64,000 nt of DNA, taken from a bacterium (lineage in GTDB: Bacteria; Sysuimicrobiota; Sysuimicrobiia; Sysuimicrobiales; Humicultoraceae). The stretch is from contig JBGQGY010000002.1 of the NCBI GenBank assembly GCA_041497675.1, positions 14,731-78,730 on the forward strand. The letters run 5' to 3'. Below, in pieces: positions 1-10,852 of the stretch. The number at the start of each line of letters is the position of its first letter. Position 1 is the first letter of the stretch. The position numbers were made by a program, and so were the translations under genes. Under the pieces are notes generated by a model. That model did no database searches. It was not told the DNA's origin and worked only from the letters and a program-made list of their open reading frames with translations.

Positions 1-2153
1 TCGTGTGGTCGGTCGTGCAGGAGCGCAAGCACGCCCAGCACTTCGCCCTTCGACCGCAGCGGGATGAAGGCGCCCGCCTTCAACCCTTCGATGGCCGCCG
101 CCGCCCGCAGTCGCCCCATCCGGAGGTCGCTGCCCAAATCGGGCACAACCAGGTGGTTCAGGCCGGGCCCCATGAAGCCGCCGATCCCCGCGCGGAACTG
201 CTGGCGAATCGCCTGCGCAAACTCCTCCGACAGACCGGTGGAGAATGCTTCGGCCAGGTTCCCTTGCGCATCCCAGGTCAGCAGGGCGCAGCGCGTGATC
301 CCCAAGACGTCATGCGTCGTCTCGGCGATGACGCGAAAGATTTCGCGAAGGTCCTGCGTGCCGACGAGGCGACGGGAGATGCGCATCATCGCTTCCATCT
401 GGCTCAGCTGCGCCGCCATCGACGTGTGCAGTCGCGCGTTCTCGATCGCGACTGCGCCCTGGGTGGCAATCGCTTCAACCGTGGCGATCTCGCTCTCGCC
501 AAACGGTTTGGCCTCGGTCCGCACGACGGTGAGCGCGCCGATCGGCCGCCCCTGCTTGATCAACGGGACGGTCAGCGCGCAGCACGCCTCGGGCAACGCC
601 TGCAGCGATGGACATGGGCTGGGTGCCGCCTCCAGGTCCTCGCACGTCACCGCGCGCCGATCGCGGAACGCCTTCACCGCCTCATAGAGGGCGCCCGCGT
701 CCGCGTCGATCCTGGCGCGCAGCCGCTTGAACTCCCCTTCGTCGGTGCCGTACACCGCCTGCCCATACAGCTCACGGTTGCGTTCATCGTACAGTGACAG
801 GAACGCAAACCGGGCCCCGAGTGTCTCCGCCGCCTGCACGACCAGATGCCGGTAGGCCTCGTCGAGATCGAGCGTGCCACCGGCCTGGAGCCCCAAGTGC
901 TGCAGCGCCGCCAGCCGCTCCACCTGACGCTGCGAGTCCTCAAAGAGATGGGCATTGCGGATCGCAAGCGCAGCCTGACCGGCCAGCGTGGTCAGAAGAC
1001 GCTCGTGCCGATCGGTGAAGAAGTTGCGCGTCCCTTTCGCCAGGACGATCGCGCCCCAGACGTCCCACCCGCTGGTGATCGGGACCATGATCGCCGATCG
1101 CACCGCACCACGCCCGAACACCGTGTCGGCATGCGGGCTGCGTCGGGGATCACGCTCGTAGTCATTCACACGAACCGCGCGGCCGGTGCGCAGGACGTGC
1201 GCGGTGATACCGTGGGGTGGAAATTCCTTCGCGCGGGCGATGCTCCCCGGCCCGTGGTAGTGCGCCAGGTGCGGCTCGGTTCTGGCGGAGTCCCGCAAGT
1301 AGATGAGAAGGATATCGAGGGATACGAGCCGCTCGACGCCGTTGGCGACCGTCTGCACGATCTCGCCCACCGACAGGCTACGGTTCATCTCCGTGGCCGT
1401 CGCGTAGAGCACTTCCAGTTCGTCGACGACCTGCCGGCGGCTAGCGTACATCAACAGCGTGACGGTCACCATCGCCGCGGGGATCGAGAGGAACAGGGCC
1501 GAGGGGTGCAACACACCCGTCACGACCAACGCGACGATCGTGCCAAACGCGAATAGCACGGTGGTGTTCACGAGCTCCAAAACCAGGTTGGCGCTGAGCA
1601 CGTCGAGAAACGCGGTCCGCCGGTCGATGGCCACGCGCACCGAGACCAAGGCGGTCGAGACCAACACAAACGCGAACGCCGCCGAAATCACCGCCAGCGT
1701 GAATGGGACCTCGGGGCGGGCGAGGAGAATGGGCAGCGTCCATGTCGCGGGGCTGGGAATCACGATGTAGGCGAGGAACCTGGCCGCGATGGTGGCCAGC
1801 ATGACCTGCGCGGCGTTGAACACGGTGATCAAGACCGGCCGGCGGTGCAGCAGCCCGTTGCCCAAAACGATGCCGATGCCCATCGCAACGGCAGTTGCCG
1901 GCGCGCCGAACAGCACCAGGGCCGCCGCGGTCACAATGGGGGTCATCGTCTGGTACCCGCCGCCGGGCATGGGGACGACGATGGCGCTGGTGGCGATGGA
2001 GGCGACGATCAGGACAACAAAGACGAGCGCCGGCGGCCAGGCAGCGCCGGGCAAGGTGGTAGCCAGCCCACCGAGCGCGGCGACAACGACGAGCCAGGTG
2101 AACGCGGCGCCGTCCGCGCGCATGCCATGCCAGATCCGGCGGAGCACCTTCAC
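1..2153 (-). CDS. Membrane-anchored tandem GAF-domain protein, partial. The N-terminal polytopic membrane region lies at 1440-2153 and the GAF domains at 1-1400. The C-terminus runs off the window start, so the ORF is absent from the track.
   Basis: Manual minus-strand translation gives TM helices (VLFAFGTIVALVVTGVLHP) followed by a GAF-like segment (EIVQTVANGVERLVSLDILLIYLRDSARTEPHLAHYHGPGSIARAKEFPPHGITAHVLRTGRAVRVNDYERD). A GTG start at 2153 follows a GGGGAG Shine-Dalgarno 5 nt upstream and overlaps the upstream stop as GTGA. The plus-strand ORFs here (3..797, 846..1556) are antisense shadows. Confidence 0.7.
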   Translation of the reverse strand, partial: MKVLRRIWHGMRADGAAFTWLVVVAALGGLATTLPGAAWPPALVFVVLIVASIATSAIVVPMPGGGYQTMTPIVTAAALVLFGAPATAVAMGIGIVLGNGLLHRRPVLITVFNAAQVMLATIAARFLAYIVIPSPATWTLPILLARPEVPFTLAVISAAFAFVLVSTALVSVRVAIDRRTAFLDVLSANLVLELVNTTVLFAFGTIVALVVTGVLHPSALFLSIPAAMVTVTLLMYASRRQVVDELEVLYATATEMNRSLSVGEIVQTVANGVERLVSLDILLIYLRDSARTEPHLAHYHGPGSIARAKEFPPHGITAHVLRTGRAVRVNDYERDPRRSPHADTVFGRGAVRSAIMVPITSGWDVWGAIVLAKGTRNFFTDRHERLLTTLAGQAALAIRNAHLFEDSQRQVERLAALQHLGLQAGGTLDLDEAYRHLVVQAAETLGARFAFLSLYDERNRELYGQAVYGTDEGEFKRLRARIDADAGALYEAVKAFRDRRAVTCEDLEAAPSPCPSLQALPEACCALTVPLIKQGRPIGALTVVRTEAKPFGESEIATVEAIATQGAVAIENARLHTSMAAQLSQMEAMMRISRRLVGTQDLREIFRVIAETTHDVLGITRCALLTWDAQGNLAEAFSTGLSEEFAQAIRQQFRAGIGGFMGPGLNHLVVPDLGSDLRMGRLRAAAAIEGLKAGAFIPLRSKGEVLGVLALLHDRPH

Positions 2154-2383
2154 TCCCCTTGCGGCGGTGGTTGGTCTGGCCCCTCCGCGCCCTCACCCCG
2201 CCGGATAAATGCGCGTACCCGGCGCTCGAACTTCACTCGAGGCATGAGCACGCGCCGCCCGCATTTCAGGCAGCGGATGCCGATGTCTGCCCCGAGCCGC
2301 ACGACTTCCCACTGGTCGTTGCCACAGGGATGGGTTTTGCGCATGCGGACGACATCCCCCAGGACGACCTTCAGCACCGGCAC
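2150..2383 (-). CDS. DUF951-family small zinc-ribbon protein
   Basis: A 77-aa protein with CGNDQW...CLKCGRR cysteine pairs that resembles the DUF951 family. An AGGAGG Shine-Dalgarno lies 10 nt upstream of the GTG start. Its stop overlaps the start of the GAF gene. Confidence 0.6.
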   Translation of the reverse strand: MPVLKVVLGDVVRMRKTHPCGNDQWEVVRLGADIGIRCLKCGRRVLMPRVKFERRVRAFIRRGEGAEGPDQPPPQGE

Positions 2384-2447
2384 GGTGCGAACGCCTCCTG
2401 CCCGGCCAGGGTCTGTCGTGGCATAGGGGTTGTGCCCAATTTGGGGA

Positions 2448-3917
2448 CTAGCGAGTCGGGATCAGGGCGTCCACAGGCGCGAAATCGTCTGAGAGCACAG
2501 GCACGTCATCCATCCGGATCGGCGCCTGATACAACGTGCCGGCCGCATCGACGAAGCGATCAACGGTCACGACGCGCCCGGCGGCAAGTCCGCGGGCGCG
2601 TCGCAGGATCTCGTCGGCGGGCAGCGCCGGCGCGTCGGTCCCAATGATGATGATGTTGCGCAACGAGTTGGGGGAGCCGTACTGGTTGAAGTCGACCGGG
2701 AACACATATACTGTTGTAAACACTTGCCTTACCGTCTTGTAGATCGCCCGGAACAACCGCGAATCCGGCCCGTCCAGCGCCCCAATAATGTTCGACGCCA
2801 CCACACCCCCCGGCGCGAGCCGCGCCCTCGCCAGCATGAAGAACTCCCGGGTCGCCAGGTGGAAGGGGATCGTGTCTTTCAAGTAGGCGTCGGTCATGAT
2901 GATATCCTGGGGCTCGGCGGTCAGACGCAGGTGCAGCCGGCCGTCACGGGCGTCAACGCGAAGCCTGTCGCCCAGCCGCACGCCAAAATACTGCTGCGCC
3001 GCGGTCGCCACCTGCGGATCGATCTCGGCCACGGCCACCACGACGCTTGGGTAGTCGGCCACGTATCGATCGGGCACCGTCCCGCCGCCAAGACCGATCA
3101 TGGTCATCCGCGACGGCTTTGCGACAAAGATCAACGGTAGATGCATGTAATCGGCGTATGCGAAGACCGTCCGCCGCGGATTGTCGCGATCCTTTGCGCT
3201 CTGCCAGTAGTTGTCGAGTCTGAGGTAACGGATCGAGCCTTCGTCTGAGATCGTGATGCGATGATAGACCGTGTCCTTTGCGTACACGGTGCTGGACGAC
3301 CGGACCGGCGACGGCTGGGCGAATCCGCCGGCGATCATGACGACCACCACCAGCGCGCCTACTCCGGCGGGCAGGAGGCGGCGGGAGGTGAGCCAGCCGA
3401 GCACGGCCATCCCCATCAGCAGGAACCCCATCAGGGTGATGATCGCCCGCACGCCCAGATAGTTGATCAGCACAAACGACGTGGCCAGCGTCCCCGCGAT
3501 GGACCCTACGGTGCTCAGGGCGTACAGCGACCCGGCAGTCTGCCCCATGGTGGCCACGGCCCGGGCCCGCAGCCGGACCGCAAACGGCGAGACCATACCC
3601 ATGACGATGCTGGGCACGACGAACAACGCGATCGCCCCGAGCAGCGGACTCAACTGTGGCCCCGCGTTCGCCCGGGCGATACTGTCCAGCACCGGCGCCG
3701 CGATCATGGGGATTGGCACCGTCAGCAGTCCCGCCACGAACACGATTCCCGAGAAGAGGGCAGGCGACGGGTACCGATCGGCGAACCGCCCGCCGACCGC
3801 GTACCCAACGCTGAGCGCGGCCAGGAAGACCCCAATCAGGCTGCCCCAGACGTAGATCGAGTTGCCAAAGTACGGCGCGAGCACGCGGCTGGCAATGATT
3901 TCCAGCGACAACAGCAC
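2448..3917 (-). CDS. Fused polytopic membrane domain and spermidine synthase-like aminopropyltransferase
   Basis: The N-terminal part carries multiple TM helices. The C-terminal domain has the spermidine-synthase-type SAM-binding motif (MIGLGGGT) and a PDRYVADYP region. The track's M is a GTG start with no good Shine-Dalgarno, and the open frame extends upstream to a possible ATT/ATC start. Confidence 0.8.
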   Translation of the reverse strand: MLLSLEIIASRVLAPYFGNSIYVWGSLIGVFLAALSVGYAVGGRFADRYPSPALFSGIVFVAGLLTVPIPMIAAPVLDSIARANAGPQLSPLLGAIALFVVPSIVMGMVSPFAVRLRARAVATMGQTAGSLYALSTVGSIAGTLATSFVLINYLGVRAIITLMGFLLMGMAVLGWLTSRRLLPAGVGALVVVVMIAGGFAQPSPVRSSSTVYAKDTVYHRITISDEGSIRYLRLDNYWQSAKDRDNPRRTVFAYADYMHLPLIFVAKPSRMTMIGLGGGTVPDRYVADYPSVVVAVAEIDPQVATAAQQYFGVRLGDRLRVDARDGRLHLRLTAEPQDIIMTDAYLKDTIPFHLATREFFMLARARLAPGGVVASNIIGALDGPDSRLFRAIYKTVRQVFTTVYVFPVDFNQYGSPNSLRNIIIIGTDAPALPADEILRRARGLAAGRVVTVDRFVDAAGTLYQAPIRMDDVPVLSDDFAPVDALIPTR

Positions 3918-4034
3918 TCCGCCGCTGGTAAAGACAATGATCTCGAGAATGACCCCTCACCTCCGCAACATCAGAGCCGTCTGCCGATCCAGTGGTTGGT
4001 GACTAAGAGCATACATCTCCGCGGAACAGATTCC

Positions 4035-4054
4035 CTTCGCTGATTTCAGCGAAG
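4035..4054. promoter_or_regulatory. Perfect 20-bp palindrome (CTTCGCTGA-TT-TCAGCGAAG) in the 362-bp spacer between clpB and the spermidine-synthase-like gene
   Basis: The inverted repeat is read directly from the sequence. No U-tract follows it on the minus strand, so an operator role is more likely than an intrinsic terminator. Confidence 0.35.
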
Positions 4055-4279
4055 CCATGTACCTCCTCGGCGACGCCGCCGGGTGGATGGGCCAGGAACC
4101 GCTGTGGCGTCTGGTACGTCGCGGAGACCTTCATCTTGCGGAGAGTCACTCGAGAGCGATCGTGAGAATGGCCGCCCTGATGGCAAAATACCGCGACCTG
4201 CCCAAACCCTTCGAACTCATCCCCTGATGATCTCGTCGATCATGCCCACCTGTCCTGGCTTACGACCTCTTCACGCGGC

Positions 4280-6901
4280 TCAAGCGGTCACGGACACAGC
4301 GGTCTCGAAGACCAACCCGCCGCGTTGATGATCGATCCTGATGTGATCGCCGTGCTTCACCTCGCTACCCAACACCTTCCGGGCAATGACGTTTTCGATT
4401 TCCTTCTGGATGAGCCGCCGTAGCGGGCGCGCGCCGAAGTCCGGGTTGTACCCTTCGTGCGCCAGGTATTGCTTGGCCGCGTCGGTGATCTCGAGCCCGA
4501 TGCCCTGACTCACGAGCCGGGCCGCCAGATGCGCCGCCTGCAGGCCCACGATCTCGACCAGCTGTTCCTGCGAGAGGGGCTGGAACACGATGATCTCGTC
4601 GATGCGGTTGAGGAACTCGGGCCGCATCGCCTTGCGCAGCTCTCCCAGCACCAGCACGCGGGCCATCTCGAAAGCCGCGGGATCCTTGCTTTCGAGCCCC
4701 TGGAGGTGCCGGCTGCCGAGGTTGCTGGTCATGATAATGACGGTATTCTTGAAATCGACCGTGCGGCCGTGGCCGTCGGTCAGACGGCCATCGTCCAGGA
4801 TCTGCAAGAGCAGATTGAATACATCTGGGTGCGCCTTTTCGATCTCGTCGAAGAGGATGACGCGATATGGGCGGCGCCGCACAGCCTCGGTCAACTGGCC
4901 GCCCTCGTCGAACCCTACGTACCCGGGGGGCGCACCGACCAGACGGCTGACCGTGTGCCGTTCCTGGTACTCGGACATGTCGAGACGCACCATCGCGTCC
5001 TCGTCATCGAACAACTGGTGAGCGAGCGCGCGCGCCAGCTCGGTCTTCCCGACGCCGGTGGGTCCCAGAAACAGGAACGACCCGATCGGGCGTCGTGGAT
5101 CCTTCAATCCGGCGCGGGCGCGACGGATGGCATCGGCGACGGCGGTGACGGCTTCGTCCTGCCCCACCACGCGCTCGTGCAACCGCTCTTCAAGATGCAG
5201 CAGCTTCGCCATCTCGCCTTCGAGCAACCGCTGCACGGGCACACCGGTCCAGCGCGCGACGACCTCCGCGACATCGTCGGCGGTGACCTCCTCGTTGAGC
5301 AGGCCACCGTTCTCCTGGATGGTGCGCAGTCGCTCCGTATGCGCCTTCAACTGCCGCTCCAGATCCGGCACGACCCCGTAGCGCAGCCGGGCCGCGGCTT
5401 CCAGATCAGCGCGGCGCTCAGCCTCCTCGATCTGGTGGCGGGCTTCTTCGATCTTTTGCTTGGTATCGCGGATCGCCGTGATCGCTTGCTTCTCTTGCTC
5501 CCACTTCGCGCGGATCGCCTGCGAGGACTCGCGCAGCGACGCCAGCTCTTCTTCGAGCTTCTGTAGCCGGTCCCGGCTCGCCGCATCGGTCTCACGCCGC
5601 AGGGCCTCGCGCTCGATCTCCAGTTGCATGATCCGGCGGTCGACCTCGTCGAGCTCGGCCGGTTTGCTGTCGATCTCCATGCGCAGCCGGCTCGCGGCCT
5701 CATCCATCAGATCGATCGCCTTGTCGGGCAGAAACCGTGCGCTGATGTAGCGATCCGACAGCATGGCGGCGGCCACGACGGCTGAGTCGGTGATCCGCAC
5801 GCCGTGGTGGACCTCGTAGCGCTCTTTCAGACCACGCAGGATGCTGATGGTGTCTTCGACGGACGGCTCCCCGACCAAGACCGGCTGGAACCGGCGCTCC
5901 AGGGCGGGATCCTTCTCGATGTGCTTGCCGTATTCGTCGAGTGTCGTGGCGCCGATGGCGTGCAGCTCGCCGCGCGCCAGCATCGGCTTCAAGAGATTGG
6001 CCGCGTCGATGGCGCCTTCTGCCGCGCCCGCTCCAACCACGGTGTGCAATTCGTCGATGAAAAGGATGATCTGCCCCTGGCTCGCGGCGATCTCCTTCAA
6101 CACGGCCTTGAGGCGCTCTTCGAATTCCCCGCGGAACTTCGTCCCGGCCACCAGCGCGCCCATATCCAGGGCGACCACACGCCGGTTCTTGAGCCCTTCG
6201 GGGACGTCGCCGCGCACAATCCGTTGCGCGAGACCTTCGACGATGGCCGTCTTGCCCACGCCGGGATCGCCGATCAGCACCGGGTTGTTCTTGGTGCGGC
6301 GGGAAAGCACCTGAATCACCCTGCGGATCTCTTCGTCTCGACCGATGACCGGATCGAGCTTTCCGGCCGCTGCGAGCTGTGTGAGATCGCGGCCGTAGCG
6401 CTCGAGCGCCTGGTATTTACTCTCGGGGTTCGGATCGGTGACCCGCTGCTGGCCGCGCACGTCCTCCAGCACCTCATACAACCGGTCACGGGTCACGCCG
6501 AGGTCGGCGAGATGCCGGCCGGCCTGACCGTCTTGCTCGTCCATGATGCCGAGCAGCAGATGCTCGGCGCTGAGGTACTCATCCTTGAGCCGGTCGGCCT
6601 CCCGCTGCGCGGTTTCCAGCACGCGCGCCAGGCGGGGCGACAGCATGATGCCCCCGGCCGGGGCACCGCCCGAGACCTTTGGGCGGCGTTCCAGATCGGC
6701 CACAAGCCGCGTGCGCAGCACGCGGGGGTCGACGTTCAACTTCAGCAGTAACTGCGGAACGAGCCCCTCGCTCTGCTCGACGAGCGCCACCAACAGGTGC
6801 TCGGGGTCCACGGCCTGATGACCGCGGGTCGTCGCCTCTTGTTGGGCGCCCAGCAGTGCTTCCTGCGCTTTCTCAGTGAATCGGTCAAATCGCATCGCCA
6901 T
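4280..6901 (-). CDS. clpB: ClpB disaggregase (AAA+ chaperone with a middle coiled-coil domain)
   Basis: An 873-aa protein with two AAA+ modules ([16 protein letters not shown]), a long coiled-coil between them and an N-terminal Clp_N repeat. Confidence 0.97.
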   Translation of the reverse strand: MAMRFDRFTEKAQEALLGAQQEATTRGHQAVDPEHLLVALVEQSEGLVPQLLLKLNVDPRVLRTRLVADLERRPKVSGGAPAGGIMLSPRLARVLETAQREADRLKDEYLSAEHLLLGIMDEQDGQAGRHLADLGVTRDRLYEVLEDVRGQQRVTDPNPESKYQALERYGRDLTQLAAAGKLDPVIGRDEEIRRVIQVLSRRTKNNPVLIGDPGVGKTAIVEGLAQRIVRGDVPEGLKNRRVVALDMGALVAGTKFRGEFEERLKAVLKEIAASQGQIILFIDELHTVVGAGAAEGAIDAANLLKPMLARGELHAIGATTLDEYGKHIEKDPALERRFQPVLVGEPSVEDTISILRGLKERYEVHHGVRITDSAVVAAAMLSDRYISARFLPDKAIDLMDEAASRLRMEIDSKPAELDEVDRRIMQLEIEREALRRETDAASRDRLQKLEEELASLRESSQAIRAKWEQEKQAITAIRDTKQKIEEARHQIEEAERRADLEAAARLRYGVVPDLERQLKAHTERLRTIQENGGLLNEEVTADDVAEVVARWTGVPVQRLLEGEMAKLLHLEERLHERVVGQDEAVTAVADAIRRARAGLKDPRRPIGSFLFLGPTGVGKTELARALAHQLFDDEDAMVRLDMSEYQERHTVSRLVGAPPGYVGFDEGGQLTEAVRRRPYRVILFDEIEKAHPDVFNLLLQILDDGRLTDGHGRTVDFKNTVIIMTSNLGSRHLQGLESKDPAAFEMARVLVLGELRKAMRPEFLNRIDEIIVFQPLSQEQLVEIVGLQAAHLAARLVSQGIGLEITDAAKQYLAHEGYNPDFGARPLRRLIQKEIENVIARKVLGSEVKHGDHIRIDHQRGGLVFETAVSVTA

Positions 6902-6913
6902 GATCGTCTGCTC

Positions 6914-7882
6914 CTACGCCTTCAACCCCGCCCTGGGATTCTCAGTTTGTGTCGTCTGGAGTTCCTCAATCAACTCGCGCTGGCGTTTCGTAAGCCCCGT
7001 CGGCGTGACGACCTTCGTTCGAACGTAGAGATCGCCTCGCCCGCCGCCGCGCGCATGCGGCATGCCCAACCCTTTGAGCCGCAGCCGGCGTCCGGTCTGC
7101 GTCTCCGGTGGCACGGTCATGGTCACATTGCCGTCGAGCGTCGGCACGTCGATCTGCGCGCCCAGCGCGGCCTCCGCGACCGTGACCGGCACTTCAATCG
7201 TCACATCGTCGTCGGTGCGCTCGAACAGCCTATGCGGCATGACCTGCATCATCAGATAGACGTCGCGATGGCCCGCGGCCCCGGCCAGCCGGATCGTCTG
7301 GCCCGAGCGCACTCCCCGCGGGATCTGCACGTCGACGCGCTTGCTCCCGGGCAGTTCGATCTGCCGCCGCGCCCCATGGAACGCCTCGTCGAGCGTGATC
7401 TCGACGACGGAGTCCGGCGGTGGCGTCTCGGCTCCGGCAGTGGCCGCGGCATCAGCCGCCCATTCGCCGGCCTGCGGAGCGGCGGCGCCACCGGGCCGCC
7501 GCCCAAATCCAAACAACTGCTGGAAGAAATCACTAAACCCGCCGCCCTGACCAAACAAGTCCTGAAGGTCTCGGGCGTCGCCGACTCTGAACGTGACACC
7601 GCCGGGTGCGCTCCACCCTCGTTGCCCGCCGCCGCCGAAGAGATCGTTGAGCGGAACACCGCTCTTGTACGCATCGTAGATCTGATCGTACTGTGCGCGC
7701 TTCTGCTGATCATTGAGGGCCTGATAGGCCTCGTTGATCTCTTTGAAGCGGTCTTCGGCGCCCTTGCCTTTGTTGACGTCCGGATGGTGCTTGCGCGCGA
7801 GACGGCGGAACGCCTGGTTGATCGCCTTCTGGTCCGCGGCGCGGTCAACACCCAGGAGCTTGTAGTAGTCCTTGAACTCCAT
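6914..7882 (-). CDS. dnaJ: J-domain co-chaperone of the DnaJ/CbpA type that lacks the Cys-rich zinc-finger domain
   Basis: The J domain has the HPD motif (KHHPDVNKG), followed by a G/F-rich linker and C-terminal substrate-binding domains. No CxxCxGxG repeats are present. Confidence 0.85.
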   Translation of the reverse strand: MEFKDYYKLLGVDRAADQKAINQAFRRLARKHHPDVNKGKGAEDRFKEINEAYQALNDQQKRAQYDQIYDAYKSGVPLNDLFGGGGQRGWSAPGGVTFRVGDARDLQDLFGQGGGFSDFFQQLFGFGRRPGGAAAPQAGEWAADAAATAGAETPPPDSVVEITLDEAFHGARRQIELPGSKRVDVQIPRGVRSGQTIRLAGAAGHRDVYLMMQVMPHRLFERTDDDVTIEVPVTVAEAALGAQIDVPTLDGNVTMTVPPETQTGRRLRLKGLGMPHARGGGRGDLYVRTKVVTPTGLTKRQRELIEELQTTQTENPRAGLKA

Positions 7883-7899
7883 GCGCGGACCCAGGTGCG

Positions 7900-8457
7900 C
7901 TACTGCGCCACGCGTACTCGCGCGGGACGCAGCACCTCGTCGCCGACGAAGTACCCGCGCTGCACCTCGTCGACGACGGTCCCAACCTGCGCCGTCTCCG
8001 TGGCCGGGACCGCATCGACCGCTTCGTGCACGCGCGGATCAAAGGTCTGGCCAACGCTTTCCATGGCCCGCACTCCAACATTCGCCAGCCGTTCGAGCAC
8101 CTGACGGTGCGCGAGGCGGAGGCCATCGCCGATCGCCGAGGCCGCGTGGCCCTCGCCCGCGGTAGCACCGGCGTGGGCAATGGCACGCTCCAGTGTGTCC
8201 AGGACCCCCAAGATCACCATCAACATCGACCGGCGGGTGACGGCTACCGCGTCTTCACGCTGCCGCGCCGCCTGCTTCCGGTAGTTTTCCAGATCGGCCG
8301 CAGCCCGCAGGAACTGCTGCCAGTTGCGGTCCGCCTCGCCTCTCAGGCGGGCGACGTCGGCCTGCAGGCTCTCAAGCGTCGACGGAGCTTCCGCCGCGGG
8401 CTCGCCGGCATCGTCGGCCCCTATTTCACCGTTGGTAGGCCGCCGCTGATCCATCAC
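7900..8457 (-). CDS. grpE: GrpE nucleotide-exchange factor
   Basis: A 185-aa protein with a coiled-coil N-terminus and the DLENYRKQ motif typical of GrpE. It sits between dnaK and dnaJ. Confidence 0.9.
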   Translation of the reverse strand: MMDQRRPTNGEIGADDAGEPAAEAPSTLESLQADVARLRGEADRNWQQFLRAAADLENYRKQAARQREDAVAVTRRSMLMVILGVLDTLERAIAHAGATAGEGHAASAIGDGLRLAHRQVLERLANVGVRAMESVGQTFDPRVHEAVDAVPATETAQVGTVVDEVQRGYFVGDEVLRPARVRVAQ

Positions 8458-8463
8458 GCCACC

Positions 8464-10371
8464 CTAGGTGCTCGGCTTGTACTCGGCATCGATCACCTCG
8501 TCGCCGGGTTTCGTCGACTGTCCGGGCGCCCCGCTGCCGGCCGCACCCGCGCCCGCCGGCGCACCGGCCGCGGCCTTGTACATCGCCTCGCTCAACTTGT
8601 ATGACGCCTGCTGGACGGCGTCGGCAGCGCGCTTGATGCGTTCGAGATCCTGACCGCCGAGTGCCTCGCGCAGCTCTTTCAGCGCACTGTCCACCTGGGC
8701 GCGCTCGTCCCCTGAGATCTTGTCGCCGTGATCCTTGAGCAGTTTCTCGACCTGGTAGGCGACCGAATCGCCGCGGTTGCGTACCTCAGCGGCGTCGCGG
8801 GTTGCCTGGTCCTCGGCCGCGAAACTCTCGGCCTCTTTGACCATCTTGTCGACTTCCCTCTTGTCGAGTGTCGACGTCCCAGTGATCTTGATGGACTGCT
8901 CGCGATTGGTGGCCTTATCCTTGGCCGTCACGTTCAGGATGCCGTTGGCGTCGATGTCAAAGGTCACCTCGACCTGCGGCATACCACGCGGGGCAAGCGG
9001 AATCCCGTCGAGGGTGAACCGGCCCAGCGTGCGATTGTCGCGCGCCATCGGCCGCTCGCCCTGTTGCACATGGATCTCCACCTGCGTCTGGCCGTCGGCC
9101 GCCGTCGTGTACGTCTCGGTCTTGCGCGTCGGGATCGTGGTATTGCGCGGCACCATCGGTGTCAGCACGCCGCCCAGCGTCTCGACGCCCAGCGTCAGCG
9201 GTGTCACGTCCAGCAGGACGACCTCGCGGACCTCTCCTGCCAGCACACCGGCCTGGATCGCCGCGCCGAGCGCGACCACTTCGTCGGGATGGACCTCGCG
9301 GTTGGGTTCTCGACCCGTCATACGCCGCACGAGTTCCTGGATCATCGGCATGCGCGTCGCGCCGCCCACGAGGATAACCTCGTTGAGGTCTTTCTCGGAC
9401 AGCTTGGCGTCGGCGAGCGCCTGCTTGAACGGGCCCATGCAGCGCTCGACCAGGTCGGCGGTCAACTCTTCGAACTTCGCGCGGGTCAGCACCATGTCGA
9501 GGTGCTTCGGCCCCGTCGCGTCGGCCGTAATGAAGGGCAGGTTGATCGTCGTCTGCACGACCGTGGACAGCTCGACCTTCGCGCGCTCAGATGCCTCGCG
9601 CAGCCGCTGCAGCGCCTGCCGGTCTTGGCGCAGATCGATGCCCTGCTGCTTCCTGAACTCGTCCGCCAGCCAGTTGACGATGCGCTCATCCCAGTCGTCG
9701 CCGCCCAGGTGTGTATCGCCGTTGGTGGCCTTGACGTGGAACACGCCCTCGCCAATTTCGAGAATGGAGACATCGAAGGTGCCGCCGCCCAGGTCGAAGA
9801 CGAGCACCGTCTCGGCGCCCTTCTTTTCGAGGCCATAGGCGAGACAGGACGCCGTGGGCTCGTTAATGATACGCAGCACCTTCAGCCCGGCAATCTCGCC
9901 GGCGTTCTTGGTCGCCGTACGCTGGGCATCATTGAAGTAGGCGGGCACGGTGATGACCGCTTCGGTGACCTTCTCGCCCAGGTACGCTTCGGCATCGGTC
10001 TTGAGCTTCTGCAAGACCATCGCCGAGATCTCTTCGGGCGTAAACGTCTTCCCCGCGGCCGGGATGCGCACCACGGCCATGCCGTTCTGACCTTCCTCGA
10101 CCTTGTAGGGCACGATCCGGCGCTCCGAGTCGACCTCGGCGTACCGGCGGCCCATGAAGCGCTTGATCGAGGACACCGTGTTCTCGGGATTGAGGATGCC
10201 CTGGCGCTTGGCCATTTGCCCGACCAACCGCTCGCCGGTCTTGGTGAACCCCACCACCGACGGCGTCAGCCGGCCCCCCTCGCTGTTGGGGATCACCTGC
10301 GTCTCGCCGCCGATGACGACAGCGATGACCGAGTTCGTCGTGCCAAGATCGATACCGACAACCTTGCCCAT
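8464..10371 (-). CDS. dnaK: DnaK (Hsp70)
   Basis: The Hsp70 signatures GIDLGTTNS and DLGGGTFD are present, and the 635-aa protein has an acidic C-terminus. An AAGGGAG Shine-Dalgarno lies 7 nt upstream. Confidence 0.98.
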   Translation of the reverse strand: MGKVVGIDLGTTNSVIAVVIGGETQVIPNSEGGRLTPSVVGFTKTGERLVGQMAKRQGILNPENTVSSIKRFMGRRYAEVDSERRIVPYKVEEGQNGMAVVRIPAAGKTFTPEEISAMVLQKLKTDAEAYLGEKVTEAVITVPAYFNDAQRTATKNAGEIAGLKVLRIINEPTASCLAYGLEKKGAETVLVFDLGGGTFDVSILEIGEGVFHVKATNGDTHLGGDDWDERIVNWLADEFRKQQGIDLRQDRQALQRLREASERAKVELSTVVQTTINLPFITADATGPKHLDMVLTRAKFEELTADLVERCMGPFKQALADAKLSEKDLNEVILVGGATRMPMIQELVRRMTGREPNREVHPDEVVALGAAIQAGVLAGEVREVVLLDVTPLTLGVETLGGVLTPMVPRNTTIPTRKTETYTTAADGQTQVEIHVQQGERPMARDNRTLGRFTLDGIPLAPRGMPQVEVTFDIDANGILNVTAKDKATNREQSIKITGTSTLDKREVDKMVKEAESFAAEDQATRDAAEVRNRGDSVAYQVEKLLKDHGDKISGDERAQVDSALKELREALGGQDLERIKRAADAVQQASYKLSEAMYKAAAGAPAGAGAAGSGAPGQSTKPGDEVIDAEYKPST

Positions 10372-10408
10372 GGTTCTGCTCCCTTCCCCTGAATGCCCGG
10401 GGAACGCT

Positions 10409-10852
10409 CTAGTCTTCGACTGCTACCGAAACGGTCTTTGGACGGACGCGCTCGGCCTTCGGGATCTTCACCTCCAGAATACCCTGCTTGAAGGTGGCCT
10501 TCGTCTCGTCGCTCTTGACCTCATTGGGGAGCGCAATCGTTCGTTGGAACGCGCCATACCGCAGTTCACGCCGGTAGTAATTGCGGCCCTTGTCCTCGTG
10601 CTCAGCTTTCGCCTCGCCCTTGATCGTGAGGCCCTCAGCTGTGACCGTGACGCCTACGCTCTTGGGGTCGATGCCCGGCAGCTCAGCCTTCACCACGACC
10701 TCATGATCGGTCTCGTAGACTTCCAGGGCGGGCTGCCAGACCAGGGGGCCTGATGTCCGCGGCCTGCGGCTGAAGAAGTCCTCAAACAACCGGTCCATTG
10801 ACTCCCGCATGGACATCATCTCATCGAACGGCTCCCAGCGGATCATGCTCAT
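10409..10852 (-). CDS. Small heat-shock protein (Hsp20/alpha-crystallin family)
   Basis: A 147-aa protein with an alpha-crystallin domain ([14 protein letters not shown]...GILEVKIPK). Confidence 0.9.
   Translation of the reverse strand: MSMIRWEPFDEMMSMRESMDRLFEDFFSRRPRTSGPLVWQPALEVYETDHEVVVKAELPGIDPKSVGVTVTAEGLTIKGEAKAEHEDKGRNYYRRELRYGAFQRTIALPNEVKSDETKATFKQGILEVKIPKAERVRPKTVSVAVED

Noticed and set aside
846-1556. Long plus-strand ORFs opposite real minus-strand genes (for example 3..797, 846..1556, 4457..5566, 5804..6751, 8728..10392, 27031..28200, 36110..38026, 59653..60609)
   Set aside because: They have the high-GC antisense shadow-ORF composition, which is Arg/Pro/Gly-rich and lacks domain signatures. 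Each lies mirror-opposite a gene with clear homology (GAF protein, clpB, dnaK, carbamoyltransferase, thiolase).
4056-4227. The plus-strand 56-codon ORF as a bona fide small gene
   Set aside because: It is below the size threshold, lacks a Shine-Dalgarno and is only weakly similar in motif to a known family. It is treated as a possible remnant (see findings) rather than annotated as a CDS.
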